Of a stretch of DNA of 64,000 nt, positions 1 through 18,000 are shown one piece after another (within the stretch, counting starts at the first letter, position 1; every line of letters begins with the position of its first letter). The notes under the pieces were generated by a model. That model did not search any database. It had not been told where the DNA came from and saw only the letters and a program-made list of their open reading frames with translations. This stretch comes from Eledone cirrhosa (lineage: Eukaryota). The stretch covers positions 402,442,001 through 402,506,000 of the forward strand of contig OZ024740.1 in the NCBI GenBank assembly GCA_964016885.1, read 5' to 3'. Made by a program: the position numbers and the translations under genes.

Positions 1-3000
1 CATCACGACAACAACGACCACAACCACCACAAACATCATCACGACAACAACGACCACGACCACCACAAACATCATCACGACGACAACGACCACAACCACC
101 ACAAACATCATCACGACAACGACGTCCACAACCACCACAAACATCATCACGACGACAACGACCACAACCACCACAAACATCATCACGACAACAACGACCA
201 CAACCACCACAAACATCATCACGACAACAACGACCACAACCACAACAAACATCATCACGACAACGACGACCACAACCACCTCGAACATCATCACGACAAT
301 GATGACCACAACCACCACAAACATCATCACGACAACAACGACCACAACCACAACAAACATCATCACGACAACGACAACGACCACAACCACCACAAACATC
401 ATCACGACGACGACGACCACAACCACTACAAACATCATCACGACAACGACAACGACCACAACCACCACAAACATCATCACGACGACGACGACTACAACCA
501 CCACAAACATCATCACGACAACGACAACGACCACAACCACCACAAACATCATCACGACAACAACGACCACAACCGCCACAAACATCATCACGACAACGAC
601 AACGACCACAACCACCACAAACATCATCACGACGACGACGACCACAACCACCACAAACATCATCACGACAACGACGACCACAACCACCACAAACATCATC
701 ACGACAACGACGACCACAACCACCACAAACATCATCACCACAACGACGACCACAAACATCATCACGACAACGACGACGACCACAACCACCACAAACATCA
801 TCACGACGACGACGATGACCACAACCACCACAAACATCATCTCGACGACGACGACGACCACAACCACCACATATATCATCACCACAACGACGACCACAAA
901 CATCATCACGACAACGACGACGACCACAACCGCCACAAACATCATCACGTGGACGACGACCACAACCACCACAAACATCATCACGACAACGACGACCACA
1001 ACCACCACAAACATCATCACGACAACGACGACCACAACCACCACAAACATCATCACGAAAATAACGACCACAACCACCACAAACATCATCACAACGACTA
1101 CGACCAAAACCACCACAAACATCATCACGACAACGACGACCACAACCACCACAAACATCACCACGACAACGACGACCACAACCACCACAAACATCATCAC
1201 GACGACAACGACCACAACCACCATAAACATCATCACGACAACGACGACCACAACCACCACAAACATCATCACGACAACGACAACGACCACAACCATCACA
1301 AACAGCATCACGACAACGACGACCACAACCACCACAAACATCATCACAACAACGACGACCACAACGACCACAACCACCACAAACATCATCACGACGACGA
1401 CGACCAAAACCACCACAAACATCATCACGACGACGACGACCACAACCACCACAAACATCATCACGACAACGACGACCACAACGACCACAAACATCACCAC
1501 GACAACGACGACCACAACCACCACAAACATCATCACGACGACAACGACCACAACCACCACACACATCATCACGACGACGACGACCACAACCACCACAAAC
1601 ATCATCACGACAACGACGACCACAACCACCACAAACATCACCACGACAACGACGACCACAACCACCACAAACATCATCACGACGACAACGACCACAACCA
1701 CGATAAACATCATCACGACGACGACGACCACAACCACCACAAACATCATCACGACGACAACGACCACAACCACCACAAACATCATCACGACGACGACGAC
1801 CACAACCACCACAAACATCATCACGACAACGACGACCACAACCACCACAAACATCACCACGACAACGACGACCACAACCACCACAAACATCATCACGACG
1901 ACAACGACCACAACCACCACAAACATCATCACGACGACGACGACCACAACCACCACAAACATCATCACGACAACGACGACCACAACCACCACAAACATCA
2001 CCACGACAACGACGACCACAAGCACCACAAACATCATCACGACGACAACGACCACAACCACCATAAACATCATCACGACGACGACGACCACAACCACCAC
2101 AAACATCATCACGACAACGACGACCACAACCACCACAAACATCACCACGACAACGACGACCACAACCACCACAAACATCACCACGACAACGACGACCACA
2201 ACCACCACAAACATCATCACGACGACAACGACCACAACCACCACAAACATCATCACGACGACGACGACCACAACCACCACAAACATCATCACGACAACGA
2301 CGACCACAACCACCACAAACATCACCACGACAACGACGACCACAACCACCACAAACATCATCACGACGACAGCGACCACAACCACCATAAACATCATCAC
2401 GACGACGACGACCACAACCACCACAAACATCATCACGACAACGACGACCACAACCACCACAAACATCACCACGACAACGACGACCACAACCACCACAAAC
2501 ATCATCACGACAACGACGACCACAACCACCACAAACATCACCACGACAACGACGACCACAACCACCACAAACATCATCACGACAACGACAATGACCACAA
2601 CCACCACAAACATCATCACGACAACGACGACCACAACCACCACAAACATCATCACGACGACGACGACCACAACCACCACAAACATCATCACGTCAACGAC
2701 AACGACCACAACCATCACAAACATCATCACGACAACGACAACGACCACAACCACAACAAACATCATCACGACGACAACGACCACAACCACGATAAACATC
2801 ATCACGACGACGACGACCACAACCACCACAAACATCATCACGACGACAACGACCACAACCACCACAAACATCATCACGACGACGACGACCACAACCACCA
2901 CAAACATCATCACGACAACGACGACCACAACCACCACAAACATCACCACGACAACGACGACCACAACCACCACAAACATCATCACGACGACAACGACCAC

Positions 3001-6000
3001 AACCACCACAAACATCATCACGACGACGACGACCACAACCACCACAAACATCATCACGACAACGACGACCACAACCACCACAAACATCACCACGACAACG
3101 ACGACCACAAGCACCACAAACATCATCACGACGACAACGACCACAACCACCATAAACATCATCACGACGACGACGACCACAACCACCACAAACATCATCA
3201 CGACAACGACGACCACAACCACCACAAACATCACCACGACAACGACGACCACAACCACCACAAACATCACCACGACAACGACGACCACAACCACCACAAA
3301 CATCATCACGACGACAACGACCACAACCACCACAAACATCATCACGACGACGACGACCACAACCACCACAAACATCATCACGACAACGACGACCACAACC
3401 ACCACAAACATCACCACGACAACGACGACCACAACCACCACAAACATCATCACGACGACAGCGACCACAACCACCATAAACATCATCACGACGACGACGA
3501 CCACAACCACCACAAACATCATCACGACAACGACGACCACAACCACCACAAACATCACCACGACAACGACGACCACAACCACCACAAACATCATCACGAC
3601 AACGACGACCACAACCACCACAAACATCACCACGACAACGACGACCACAACCACCACAAACATCATCACGACAACGACAATGACCACAACCACCACAAAC
3701 ATCATCACGACAACGACGACCACAACCACCACAAACATCATCACGACGACGACGACCACAACCACCACAAACATCATCACGTCAACGACAACGACCACAA
3801 CCATCACAAACATCATCACGACAACGACAACGACCACAACCACAACAAACATCATCACGACGACGACGACCACAACCACCACAAACATCATCACGACAAC
3901 GACGACAACAACCACCACACACTTCATCACGACAACGACGACCACAACCACCACAAACATCATCACGACAAGGACGACGACCACAACCACCACAAACATC
4001 ATCACCACAACGACGACCACAACCGCCGCAAACATCATTACGACAACGACAATGACCACAACCACCACAAACATCATCTCGACGACGACGACGACCACAA
4101 CCACCACAAACATCGTCACCACAACGACGACCAAAAACATCATCACGACAACGACGACGACCACAACCACCACAAACATCATCACGACGACGACGATGGC
4201 CACAACCACCACAAACATCATCTCGACGACGACGACGACCACAACCACCACATACATCATCACCACAACGACGACCACAAACATCATCACGACAACGACG
4301 ACGACCACAACCGCCACAAACATCATCACGACAACAACGACCACAACCACCACAAACATCATCACGACAACAACGACGACCACAAACACCACAAACATCA
4401 TCACGACAACAACGACCACAAGCACCACAAACATCATCACGACAACAACGACCACAACCACCACAAACATCATCACGACAACAACGACCACGACCACCAC
4501 AAACATCATCACGACGACAACGACCACAACCACCACAAACATCATCACGACAACGACGTCCACAACCACCACAAACATCATCACGACGACAACGACCACA
4601 ACCACCACAAACATCATCACGACAACAACGACCACAACCACCACAAACATCATCACGACAACGACGACGACCACAACCACTACAAACATCATAACGACGA
4701 CAACGACCACAACCACCACAAACATCATCACGATGACGACGACCACAACCACCACAAACATCATCACGACGACAACGACCACAACCACCACAAACATCAT
4801 CACGACAACAACGACCACAACCACCACAAACATCATCACGACAACAACGACCACAACCACAACAAACATCATCACGACAACGACGACCACAACCACCTCA
4901 AACATCATCACGACAATGATGACCACAACCACCACAAACATCATCACGACAACAACGACCACAACCACAACAAACATCATCACGACAACGACAACGACCA
5001 CAACCACCACAAACATCATCACGACGACGACGACCACAACCACTACAAACATCATCACGACAACGACAACGACCACAACCACCACAAACATCATCACGAC
5101 GACGACGACTACAACCACCACAAACATCATCACGACAACGACAACGACCACAACCACCACAAACATCATCACGACAACAACGACCACAACCGCCACAAAC
5201 ATCATCACGACAACGACAACGACCACAACCACCACAAACATCATCACGACGACGACGACCACAACCACCACAAACATCATCACGACAACGACGACCACAA
5301 CCACCACAAACATCATCACGACAACGACGACCACAACCACCTCAAACATCATCACCACAACGACGACCACAAACATCATCACGACAACGACGACGACCAC
5401 AACCACCACAAACATCATCACGACGACGACGATGACCACAACCACCACAAACATCATCTCGACGACGACGACGACCACAACCACCACATATATCATCACC
5501 ACAACGACGACCACAAACATCATCACGACAACGACGACGACCACAACCGCCACAAACATCATCACGATAACGACGACCACAAGCACCACAAACATCATCA
5601 CGACAACAACGACCACAACCACCACAAACATCATCACGACAACAACGACCACAACCACCACAAACATCATCACGACAACAACGACCACAACCACCACAAA
5701 CTTCATCACGACGATAACGACCACAACCACCACAAACATCATCACGACAACGACGTCCACAACCACCACAAACATCATCACGACGACAACGACCACAACC
5801 ACCACAAACATCATCACGACAACAACAACCACAACCACCACAAACATCATCACGACAACGACCACAACCACCACAAACATCATCACGACAACAACGACCA
5901 CAACCACCACAAACATCATCACGACGACAACGACCACAACCACCACAAACATCATCACGACAACGACGACGACCACAACCACCTCAAACATCATCACGAC

Positions 6001-9000
6001 AACAACGACCACAAGCACCACAAACATCATCACGACAACAACGACCACAACCACCACAAACATCATCACGACAACAACGACCACAACCACCACAAATATC
6101 ATCACGACAACAACGACCACAACCACCACAAACATCATCACGACGACAACGACCACAACCACCACAAACATCATCACGACAACGACGTCCACAACCACCA
6201 CAAACATCATCACGACGACAACGACCACAACCACCACAAACATCATCACGACAACAACGACCACAACCACCACAAACATCATCACGACAACAACGACCAC
6301 AACCACCACAAACATCATCACGACGACGACGACCACAACCACCACAAACATCATCACGACAACAACGACCACAACGACCACAAACATCATCACGACAACG
6401 ACAACGACCACAACCACCACAAACATCATCACGACGACGACAACCACAACCACTACAAACATCATCACGACAACGACAACGACCACAACCACCACAAACA
6501 TCATCACGACGACGACGACCACAACCACCACAAACATCATCACGACAACGACGACCACAACCACCACAAACATCATCACGACAACGACGACCACAACCAC
6601 CACAAACATCATCACGACAACAACGACCACAACCACCACAAACATCATCACGACGACGACGACCAAAACCACCACAAACATCATCACGACAACGACGACC
6701 ACAACCACCACAAACATCACCACGACAACGACGACCACAACCACCACAAACATATTCACGACGACAACGACCACAACCACCATAAACATCATCACGACAA
6801 CGACGACCACAACCACCACAAACATCATCACGACAACGACAACGACCACAACCATCACAAACAGCATCACGACAACGACAACCACAACCACCACAAACAT
6901 CATCACAACAACGACGACCACAACGACCACAACCACCACAAACATCATCACGACGACGACGACCAAAACCACCACAAACATCATCACGACGACGACGACC
7001 ACAACCACCACAAACATCATCACGACAACGACGACCACAACGACCACAAACATCACCACGACAACGACGACCACAACCACCACAAACATCATCACGACGA
7101 CGACGACCACAACCACCACAAACATCATCACGACAACGACGACCACAACCACCACAAACATCACCACGACAACGACGACCACAACCTCCACAATCATCAT
7201 CACGACGACAACGACCACAACCACCATAAACATCATCACGACGACGACGACCACAGCCACCACAAACATCATCACGACGACAACGACCACAACCACCACA
7301 AACATCATCACGACGACGACGACCACAACCACCACAAACATCATCACGACAACGACGACCACAACCACCACAAACATCACCACGACAACGACGACCACAA
7401 CCACCACAAACATCATCACGACGACAACGACCACAACCACCACAAACATCATCACGACGACGACGACCACAACCACCACAAACATCATCACGACAACGAC
7501 GACCACAACCACCACAAACATCACCACGACAACGACGAGCACAACCACCACAAACATCATCACGACGACAACGACCACAACCACCATAAACATCATCACG
7601 ACGACGACGACCACAACCACCACAAACATCATCACGACAACGACGACCACAACCACCACAAACATCACCACGACAACGACGACCACAACCACCACAAACA
7701 TCATCACGACGACAACGACCACAACCACCATAAACATCATCACGACGACGACGACCACAACCACCACAAACATCATCACGACGACAACGACCACAACCAC
7801 CATAAACATCATCACGACGACAACGACCACAACCACCACAAACATCATCACGACGACGACGACCACAACCACCACAAACATCATCACGACAACGACGACC
7901 ACAACCACCACAAACATCACCACGACAACGACGACCACAACCACCACAAACATCATCACGACAACGACGACCACAACCACCACAAACATCACCACGACAA
8001 CGACGACCACAACCACCACAAACATCATCACGACAACGACAACGACCACAACCATCACAAACAGCATCACGACAACGACGACCACAACCACCACAAACAT
8101 CATCACAACAACGACGACCACAACGACCACAACCACCACAAACATCATCACCACAACGACGACCACAACCACCACAAACATCATCACGACAACGACGACC
8201 ACAACCACCACAAACATCATCACGACAACGACGACGACCACAACCACCACAAACATCATCACGACAACGACGACCACAACCACCACAAACATCATCACGA
8301 CAACGACGACGACCACAACCACCACAAACATCATCACGACAACGACGACGACCACAACCGCCACAAACATCATCACGATAACGACGACCACAACCACCAC
8401 AAACATCATCACGACAACAACGACCACAAGCACCACAAACATCAACACGACAACAACGACCACAACCACCACAAACATCATCACGACAACAACGACCACA
8501 ACCACCACAAACATCATCACCACAACGACGACCACAACCACCACAGACATCATCACGACAACGACAATGACCACAACCACCACAAACTTCATCACGACAA
8601 CGACGACCACAACCACCACAAACATCATCACGACGACGACAACCACAACCACCACAAACATCATCACAAAAACGACGACCACAACCACCACAAACATCAT
8701 CACGACAACGACAACGACCACAACCACAACAAACATCATCACAACTACGACGACCACAACCACCACAAACATCATCACGACGCCGACACCCACAACCACC
8801 ACAAACATCATCACAAAAACGACGACCACAACCACCACAAACATCATCACGACAACGACAACGACCACAACCACAACAAACATCATCACAACTACGACGA
8901 CCACAACCACCACAAACATCATCACGACGACGACGACCACAACCACCACAAACATCATCACGACAACGACGACCACAACCACCACAAACTTCATCACGAC

Positions 9001-12000
9001 AACGACGCCACAACCACCACAAACATCATCACGACAACGACGACCACAACCACCACAAACATCATCACGACAACGACAATGACCACAACCACCACAAACA
9101 TTATCACGACAACGACGACCACAACCACCACAAACATCATCACGACGACGACGACCACAACCACCACAAACATCATCACGTCAACGACAACGACCACAAC
9201 CACAACAAACATCATCACGACAACGACGACCAAAACCACCACAAACATCATCACGACAACGACAACGAACACAACCACAACAAACATCATCACGACGACG
9301 ACGACCACAACCACCACAAACATCATCACGACAACGACGACAACAACCACCACAAACTTCATCACGACAACGACGACCACAACCACCACAAACATCATCA
9401 CGACAACGACGACGACCACAACCACCACAAACATCATCACCACAACGACGACCACAACCACCACAAACATCATTACGACAACGACAATGACCACAACCAC
9501 CACAAACATCATCTCGACGACGACGACGACCACAACCACCACAAACATCATCACCACAACGACAACCACAAACATCATCACGAAAACGACGACGACCACA
9601 ACCACCACAAACATCATCACGACGACGACGATGACCACAACCACCACAAACATCATCTCGACGACGACGACGACCACAACCACCACATACATCATCACCA
9701 CAACGACGACCACAAACATCATCACGACAACGACGACGACCACAACCGCCACAAACATCATCACGACAACAACGACCACAACCACCACAAACATCATCAC
9801 GACAACAACGACGACCACAAACACCACAAACATCATCACGACAACAACGACCACAACCACCACAAACATCATCACGACAACAACGACCACAACCACCACA
9901 AACATCATCACGACGACAACGACCACAACCACTACAAACATCATCACGACAACGACGTCCACAACCACCACAAACATCATCACGACGACAACGACCACAA
10001 CCACCACAAACATCATCACGACAACAACGACCACAACCACCACAAACATCATCCGACAACGACGACGACCACAACCACTACAAACATCATAACGACGACA
10101 ACGACCACAACCACCACAAACATCATCACGATGACGACGACCACAACCACCACAAACATCATCACGACGACAACGACCACAACCACCACAAACATCATCA
10201 CGACAACAACGACCACAACCACCACAAACATCATCACGACAACAACGACCACAACCACCACAAACATCATCACCACAACGACGACCACAAACATCATCAC
10301 GACAACGACGACGACCACAACCACCACAAACATCATCACGACCACGACGATGACCACAACTACCACAAACATCATCTCGACGACGACGACGACCACAACC
10401 ACCACATACATCATCACCACAACGACGACCACAAACATCATCACGACAACGACGACGACCACAACCGCCACAAACATCATCACGACAACAACGACCACAA
10501 CCACCACAAACATCATCACGACAACAACGACGACCACAAACACCACAAACATCATCACGATAACGACGACTACAACCACCACAAACATCATCACGACAAC
10601 AACGACCACAAGCACCACAAACATCATCACGACAACAACGACCACAACCACCACAAACATCATCACGACAACAACGACCACAACCACCACAAACATCATC
10701 ACGACGACAACGACCACAACCACCACAAACATCATCACGACAACGACGTCCACAACCACCACAAACATCATCACGACGACAACGACCACAACCACCACAA
10801 ACATCATCACGACAACAACGACCACAACCACCACAAACATCATCACGACAACGACGACGACCACAACCACTACAAACATCATAACGACGACAACGACCAC
10901 AACCACCACAAACATCATCACGATGACGACGACCACAATCACCACAAACATCATCACGACGACAACGACCACAACCACCACAAACATCATCACGACAACA
11001 ACGACCACAACCACCACAAACATCATCACGACAACGGCAACGACCACAACCACCACAAACATCATAACGACGACGACGACCACAACCACCACAAACATCA
11101 TCACGACAACGACGACCACAACCACCACAAACATCATCACGACAACAACGACCACAACCACCACAAACATCATCACGACTACGACGACCACAACCACCAC
11201 AAAAATCATCACGACGACGACGACCACAACCACCACAAACATCATCACGACAAAGACGACCACAACCACCACAAACTTCATCACGACAACGACGTCACAA
11301 CCACCACAAACATCATCACGACAACGACGACCACAACCACCACAAACATCATCACGACAACGACAACGACCACAACCACAACAAACATCATCACGACGAC
11401 GACGACCACAACCACCACAAACATCATCACGACAACGACGACAACAACCACCACAAACTTCATCACGACAACGACGACCACAACCACCACAAACATCATC
11501 ACGACAACGACGACGACCACAACCACCACAAACATCATCACCACAACGACGACCACAACCACCACAAACATCATTACGACAACGACAATGACCACAACCA
11601 CCACAAACATCATCTCGACGACGACGACGACCACAACCACCACAAACATCATCACCACAACGACGACCACAAACATCATCACGACAACGACGACGACCAC
11701 AACCACCACAAACATCATCACGACCACGACGATGACCACAACCACCACAAACATCATCTCGACGACGACGACGACCACAACCACCACATACATCATCACC
11801 ACAACGACGACCACAAACATCATCACGACAACGACGACGACCACAACCGCCACAAACATCATCACGACAACAACGACCACAACCACCACAAACATCATCA
11901 CGACAACAACGACGACCACAAACACCACAAACATCATCACGATAACGACGACTACAACCACCACAAACATCATCACGACAACAACGACCACAAGCACCAC

Positions 12001-15000
12001 AAACATCATCACGACAACAACGACCACAACCACCACAAACATCATCACGACAACAACGACCACAACCACCACAAACATCATCACGACGACAACGACCACA
12101 ACCACCACAAACATCATCACGACAACGACGTCCACAACCACCACAAACATCATCACGACGACAACGACCACAACCACCACAAACATCATCACGACAACAA
12201 CGACGACCACAAACACCACAAACATCATCACGATAACGACGACTACAACCACCACAAACATCATCACGACAACAACGACCACAAGCACCACAAACATCAT
12301 CACGACAACAACGACCACAACCACCACAAACATCATCACGACAACAACGACCACAACCACCACAAACATCATCACGACGACAACGACCACAACCACCACA
12401 AACATCATCACCACAACGACGACCACAAACATCATCACGACAACGACGACGACCACAACCACCACAAACATCATCACGACCACGACGATGACCACAACCA
12501 CCACAAACATCATCTCGACGACGACGACGACCACAACCACCACATACATCATCACCACAACGACGACCACAAACATCATCACGACAACGACGACGACCAC
12601 AACCGCCACAAACATCATCACGACAACAACGACCACAACCACCACAAACATCATCACGACAACAACGACGACCACAAACACCACAAACATCATCACGATA
12701 ACGACGACTACAACCACCACAAACATCATCACGACAACAACGACGACCACAAACACCACAAACATCATCACGACAACAACGACCACAACCACCACAAACA
12801 TCATCACGACAACGACGACGACCACAACCACTACAAACATCATAACGACGACAACGACCACAACCACCACAAACATCATCACGATGACGACGACCACAAT
12901 CACCACAAACATCATCACGACGACAACGACCACAACCACCACAAACATCATCACGACAACAACGACCACAACCACCACAAACATCATCACGACAACAACG
13001 ACCACAACCACCACAAACATCATCACGACAACGACGACCACAACCACCTCAAACATCATCACGACAATGATGACCACAACCACCACAAACATCATCACGA
13101 CAACAACGACCACAACCACCACAAACATCATCACGACAACGACAACGACCACAACCACCACAAACATCATCACGACGACGACGACCACAACCACTACAAA
13201 CATCATCACGACAACGACAACGACCACAACCACCACAAACATCATCACGACGACGACGACCACAACCACCACAAACATCATCACGACAACGACAACGACC
13301 ACAACCACCACAAACATCATCACGACAACAACGACCACAACCACCATAAACATCATCACGACAACAACGACCACAACCACCACAAACATCATCACGACAA
13401 CGACGACCACAACCACCTCAAACATCATCACGACAATGATGACCACAACCACCACAAACATCATCACGACAACAACGACCACAACCACCACAAACATCAT
13501 CACGACAACGACAACGACCACAACCACCACAAACATCATCACGACGACGACGACCACAACCACTACAAACATCATCACGACAACGACAACGGCCACAACC
13601 ACCACAAACATCATCACGACGACGACGACCACAACCACCACAAACATCATCACGACAACGACAACGACCACAACCACCACAAACATCATCACGACAACAA
13701 CGACCACAACCACCACAAACATCATCACGACAACGACAACGACCACAACCACCACAAACATCATCACGACAACGACGACCACAACCACCACAAACATCAT
13801 AACGACGACGACGACCACAACCACCACAAACATCATCACGACAACGACGACCACAACCACCACAAACATCATCACGACAACGACGACCACAACCACCACA
13901 AACATCATCACGACAACAACGACCACAACCACCACAAACATCATCACGACTACGACGACCACAACCACCACAAAAATCATCACGACGACGACGACCACAA
14001 CCACCACAAACATCATCACGACAAAGACGACCACAACCACCACAAACTTCATCACGACAACGACGACACAACCACCACAAATATCATCAAGACAACGACG
14101 ACCACAACCACCACAAACATCATCACGACAACGACAACGACCACAACCACAACAAACATCATCACGACAACGACGACAACAACCACCACAAACTTCATCA
14201 CGACAACGACGACCACAACCACCACAAACATCATCACCACAACGACGACCACAACCACCACAAACGTCATTACGACAACGACAATGACTACAACCACCAC
14301 AAACATCATCTCGACGACGACGACGACCACAACCACCACAAACATCATCACCACAACGACGACCACAAACATCATCACGACAACGACGACGACCACAACC
14401 ACCACAAACATCATCACGACGACGACGATGACCACAACCACCACAAACATCATCTCGACGACGACGACGACCACAACCACCACATACATCATCACCACAA
14501 CGACGACCACAAACATCATCACGACAACGACGACGACCACAACCGCCACAAACATCATCACGACAACGACGACGACCACAACCGCCACAAACATCATCAC
14601 GACAACGACGACGACCACAACCGCCACAAACATCATCACGACAACGACAACGACCACAACCACCACAAACATCATCACGACAACGACGACGACCACAACC
14701 GCCACAAACATCATCACGACAACAACGACCACAACCACCACAAACATCATCACGACAACAACGACGACCACAAACACCACAAACATCATCACGATAACGA
14801 CGACCACAACCACCACAAACATCGTCACGAAAACAACGACCACAAGCACCACAAACATCATCACGACAACAACGACCACAACCACCACAAACATCATCAC
14901 GACAACAACGACCACAACCACCACAAACATCATCACGACGACAACGACCACAACCACCACAAACATCATCACGATGACGACGTCCACAACCACCACAAAC

Positions 15001-18000
15001 ATCATCACGACGACAACGACCACAACCACCACAAACATCATCACGACAACGACGACGACCACAACCACCACAAACATCATCACGACAACGACGACGACCA
15101 CAACCGCCACAAACATCATCACGACAACAACGACCACAACCACCACAAACATCATCACGACAACAACGACGACCACAACCACCACAAACATCATTACGAC
15201 AACGACAATGACCACAACCACCACAAACATCATCTCGACGACGACGACGACCACAACCACCACAAACATCATCACCACAACGACGACCACAAACATCATC
15301 ACGACAACGACGACGACCACAACCACCACAAACATCATCACGACCACGACGATGACCACAACCACCACAAACATCATCTCGACGACGACGACGACCACAA
15401 CCACCACATACATCATCACCACAACGACGACCACAAACATCATCACGACAACGACGACGACCACAACCGCCACAAACATCATCACGACAACAACGACCAC
15501 AACCACCACAAACATCATCACGACAACAACGACGACCACAAACACCACAAACATCATCACGATAACGACGACTACAACCACCACAAACATCATCACGACA
15601 ACAACGACCACAAGCACCACAAACATCATCACGACAACAACGACCACAACCACCACAAGCATCATCACGACAACAACGACCACAACCACCACAAACATCA
15701 TCATGACGACAACGACCACAACCACCACAAACATCATCACGACAACGACGTCCACAACCACCACAAACATCATCACGACGACAACGACCACAACCACCAC
15801 AAACATCATCACGACAACAACGACCACAACCACCACAAACATCATCACGACAACGACGACGACCACAACCACTACAAACATCATAACGACGACAACGACC
15901 ACAACCACCACAAACATCATCACGATGACGACGACCACAATCACCACAAACATCATCACGACGACAACGACCACAACCACCACAAACATCATCACGACAA
16001 CAACGACCACAACCACCACAAACATCATCACGACAACAACGACCACAACCACCACAAACATCATCACGACAACGACGACCACAACCACCTCAAACATCAT
16101 CACGACAATGATGACCACAACCACCACAAACATCATCACGACAACAACGACCACAACCACCACAAACATCATCACGACAACGACAACGACCACAACCACC
16201 ACAAACATCATCACGACGACGACGACCACAACCACTACAAACATCATCACGACAACGACAACGACCACAACCACCACAAACATCATCACGACGACGACGA
16301 CCACAACCACCACAAACATCATCACGACAACGACAACGACCACAACCACCACAAACATCATCACGACAACAACGACCACAACCACCACAAACATCATCAC
16401 GACAACAACGACCACAACCACCACAAACATCATCACGACAACGACGACCACAACCACCTCAAACATCATCACGACAATGATGACCACAACCACCACAAAC
16501 ATCATCACGACAACAACGACCACAACCACCACAAACATCATCACGACAACGACAACGACCACAACCACCACAAACATCATCACGACGACGACGACCACAA
16601 CCACTACAAACATCATCACGACAACGACAACGGCCACAACCACCACAAACATCATCACGACGACGACGACCACAACCACCACAAACATCATCACGACAAC
16701 GACAACGACCACAACCACCACAAACATCATCACGACAACAACGACCACAACCACCACAAACATCATCACGACAACGACAACGACCACAACCACCACAAAC
16801 ATCATCACGACAACGACGACCACAACCACCACAAACATCATAACGACGACGACGACCACAACCACCACAAACATCATCACGACAACGACGACCACAACCA
16901 CCACAAACATCATCACGACAACGACGACCACAACCACCACAAACATCATCACGACAACAACGACCACAACCACCACAAACATCATCACGACTACGACGAC
17001 CACAACCACCACAAAAATCATCACGACGACGACGACCACAACCACCACAAACATCATCACGACAAAGACGACCACAACCACCACAAACTTCATCACGACA
17101 ACGACGACACAACCACCACAAATATCATCACGACAACGACGACCACAACCACCACAAACATCATCACGACAACGACAACGACCACAACCACAACAAACAT
17201 CATCACGACGACGACGACCACAACCACCACAAACATCATCACGACAACGACGACAACAACCACCACAGACTTCATCACGACAACGACGACCACAACCACC
17301 ACAAACATCATCACCACAACCACCACAAACGTCATTACGACAACGACAATGACTACAACCACCACAAACATCATCTCGACGACGACGACGACCACAACCA
17401 CCACAAACATCATCACCACAACGACGACCACAAACATCATCACGACAACGACGACGACCACAACCACCACAAACATCATCACGACGACGACGATGACCAC
17501 AACCACCACAAACATCATCTCGACGACGACGACGACCACAACCACCACATACATCATCACCACAACGACGACCACAAACATCATCACGACAACGACGACG
17601 ACCACAACCGCCACAAACATCATCACGACAACGACGACGACCACAACCGCCACAAACATCATCACGACAACGACGACGACCACAACCGCCACAAACATCA
17701 TCACGACAACGACAACGACCACAACCACCACAAACATCATCACGACAACGACGACGACCACAACCGCCACAAACATCATCACGACAACAACGACCACAAC
17801 CACCACAAACATCATCACGACAACAACGACGACCACAAACACCACAAACATCATCACGATAACGACGACCACAACCACCACAAACATCGTCACGACAACA
17901 ACGACCACAAGCACCACAAACATCGTCACGACAACAACGACCACAACCACCACAAACATCATCACGACAACAACGACCACAAGCACCACAAACATCATCA

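Noticed and set aside
949-10092. 3047-aa His/Asp-rich ORF as a metal-binding protein
   Set aside because: It is an alternative frame of the T-poor repeat with a non-ATG start, and it slides into the Thr frame at the 9010 deletion. The common variants are non-synonymous in this frame.
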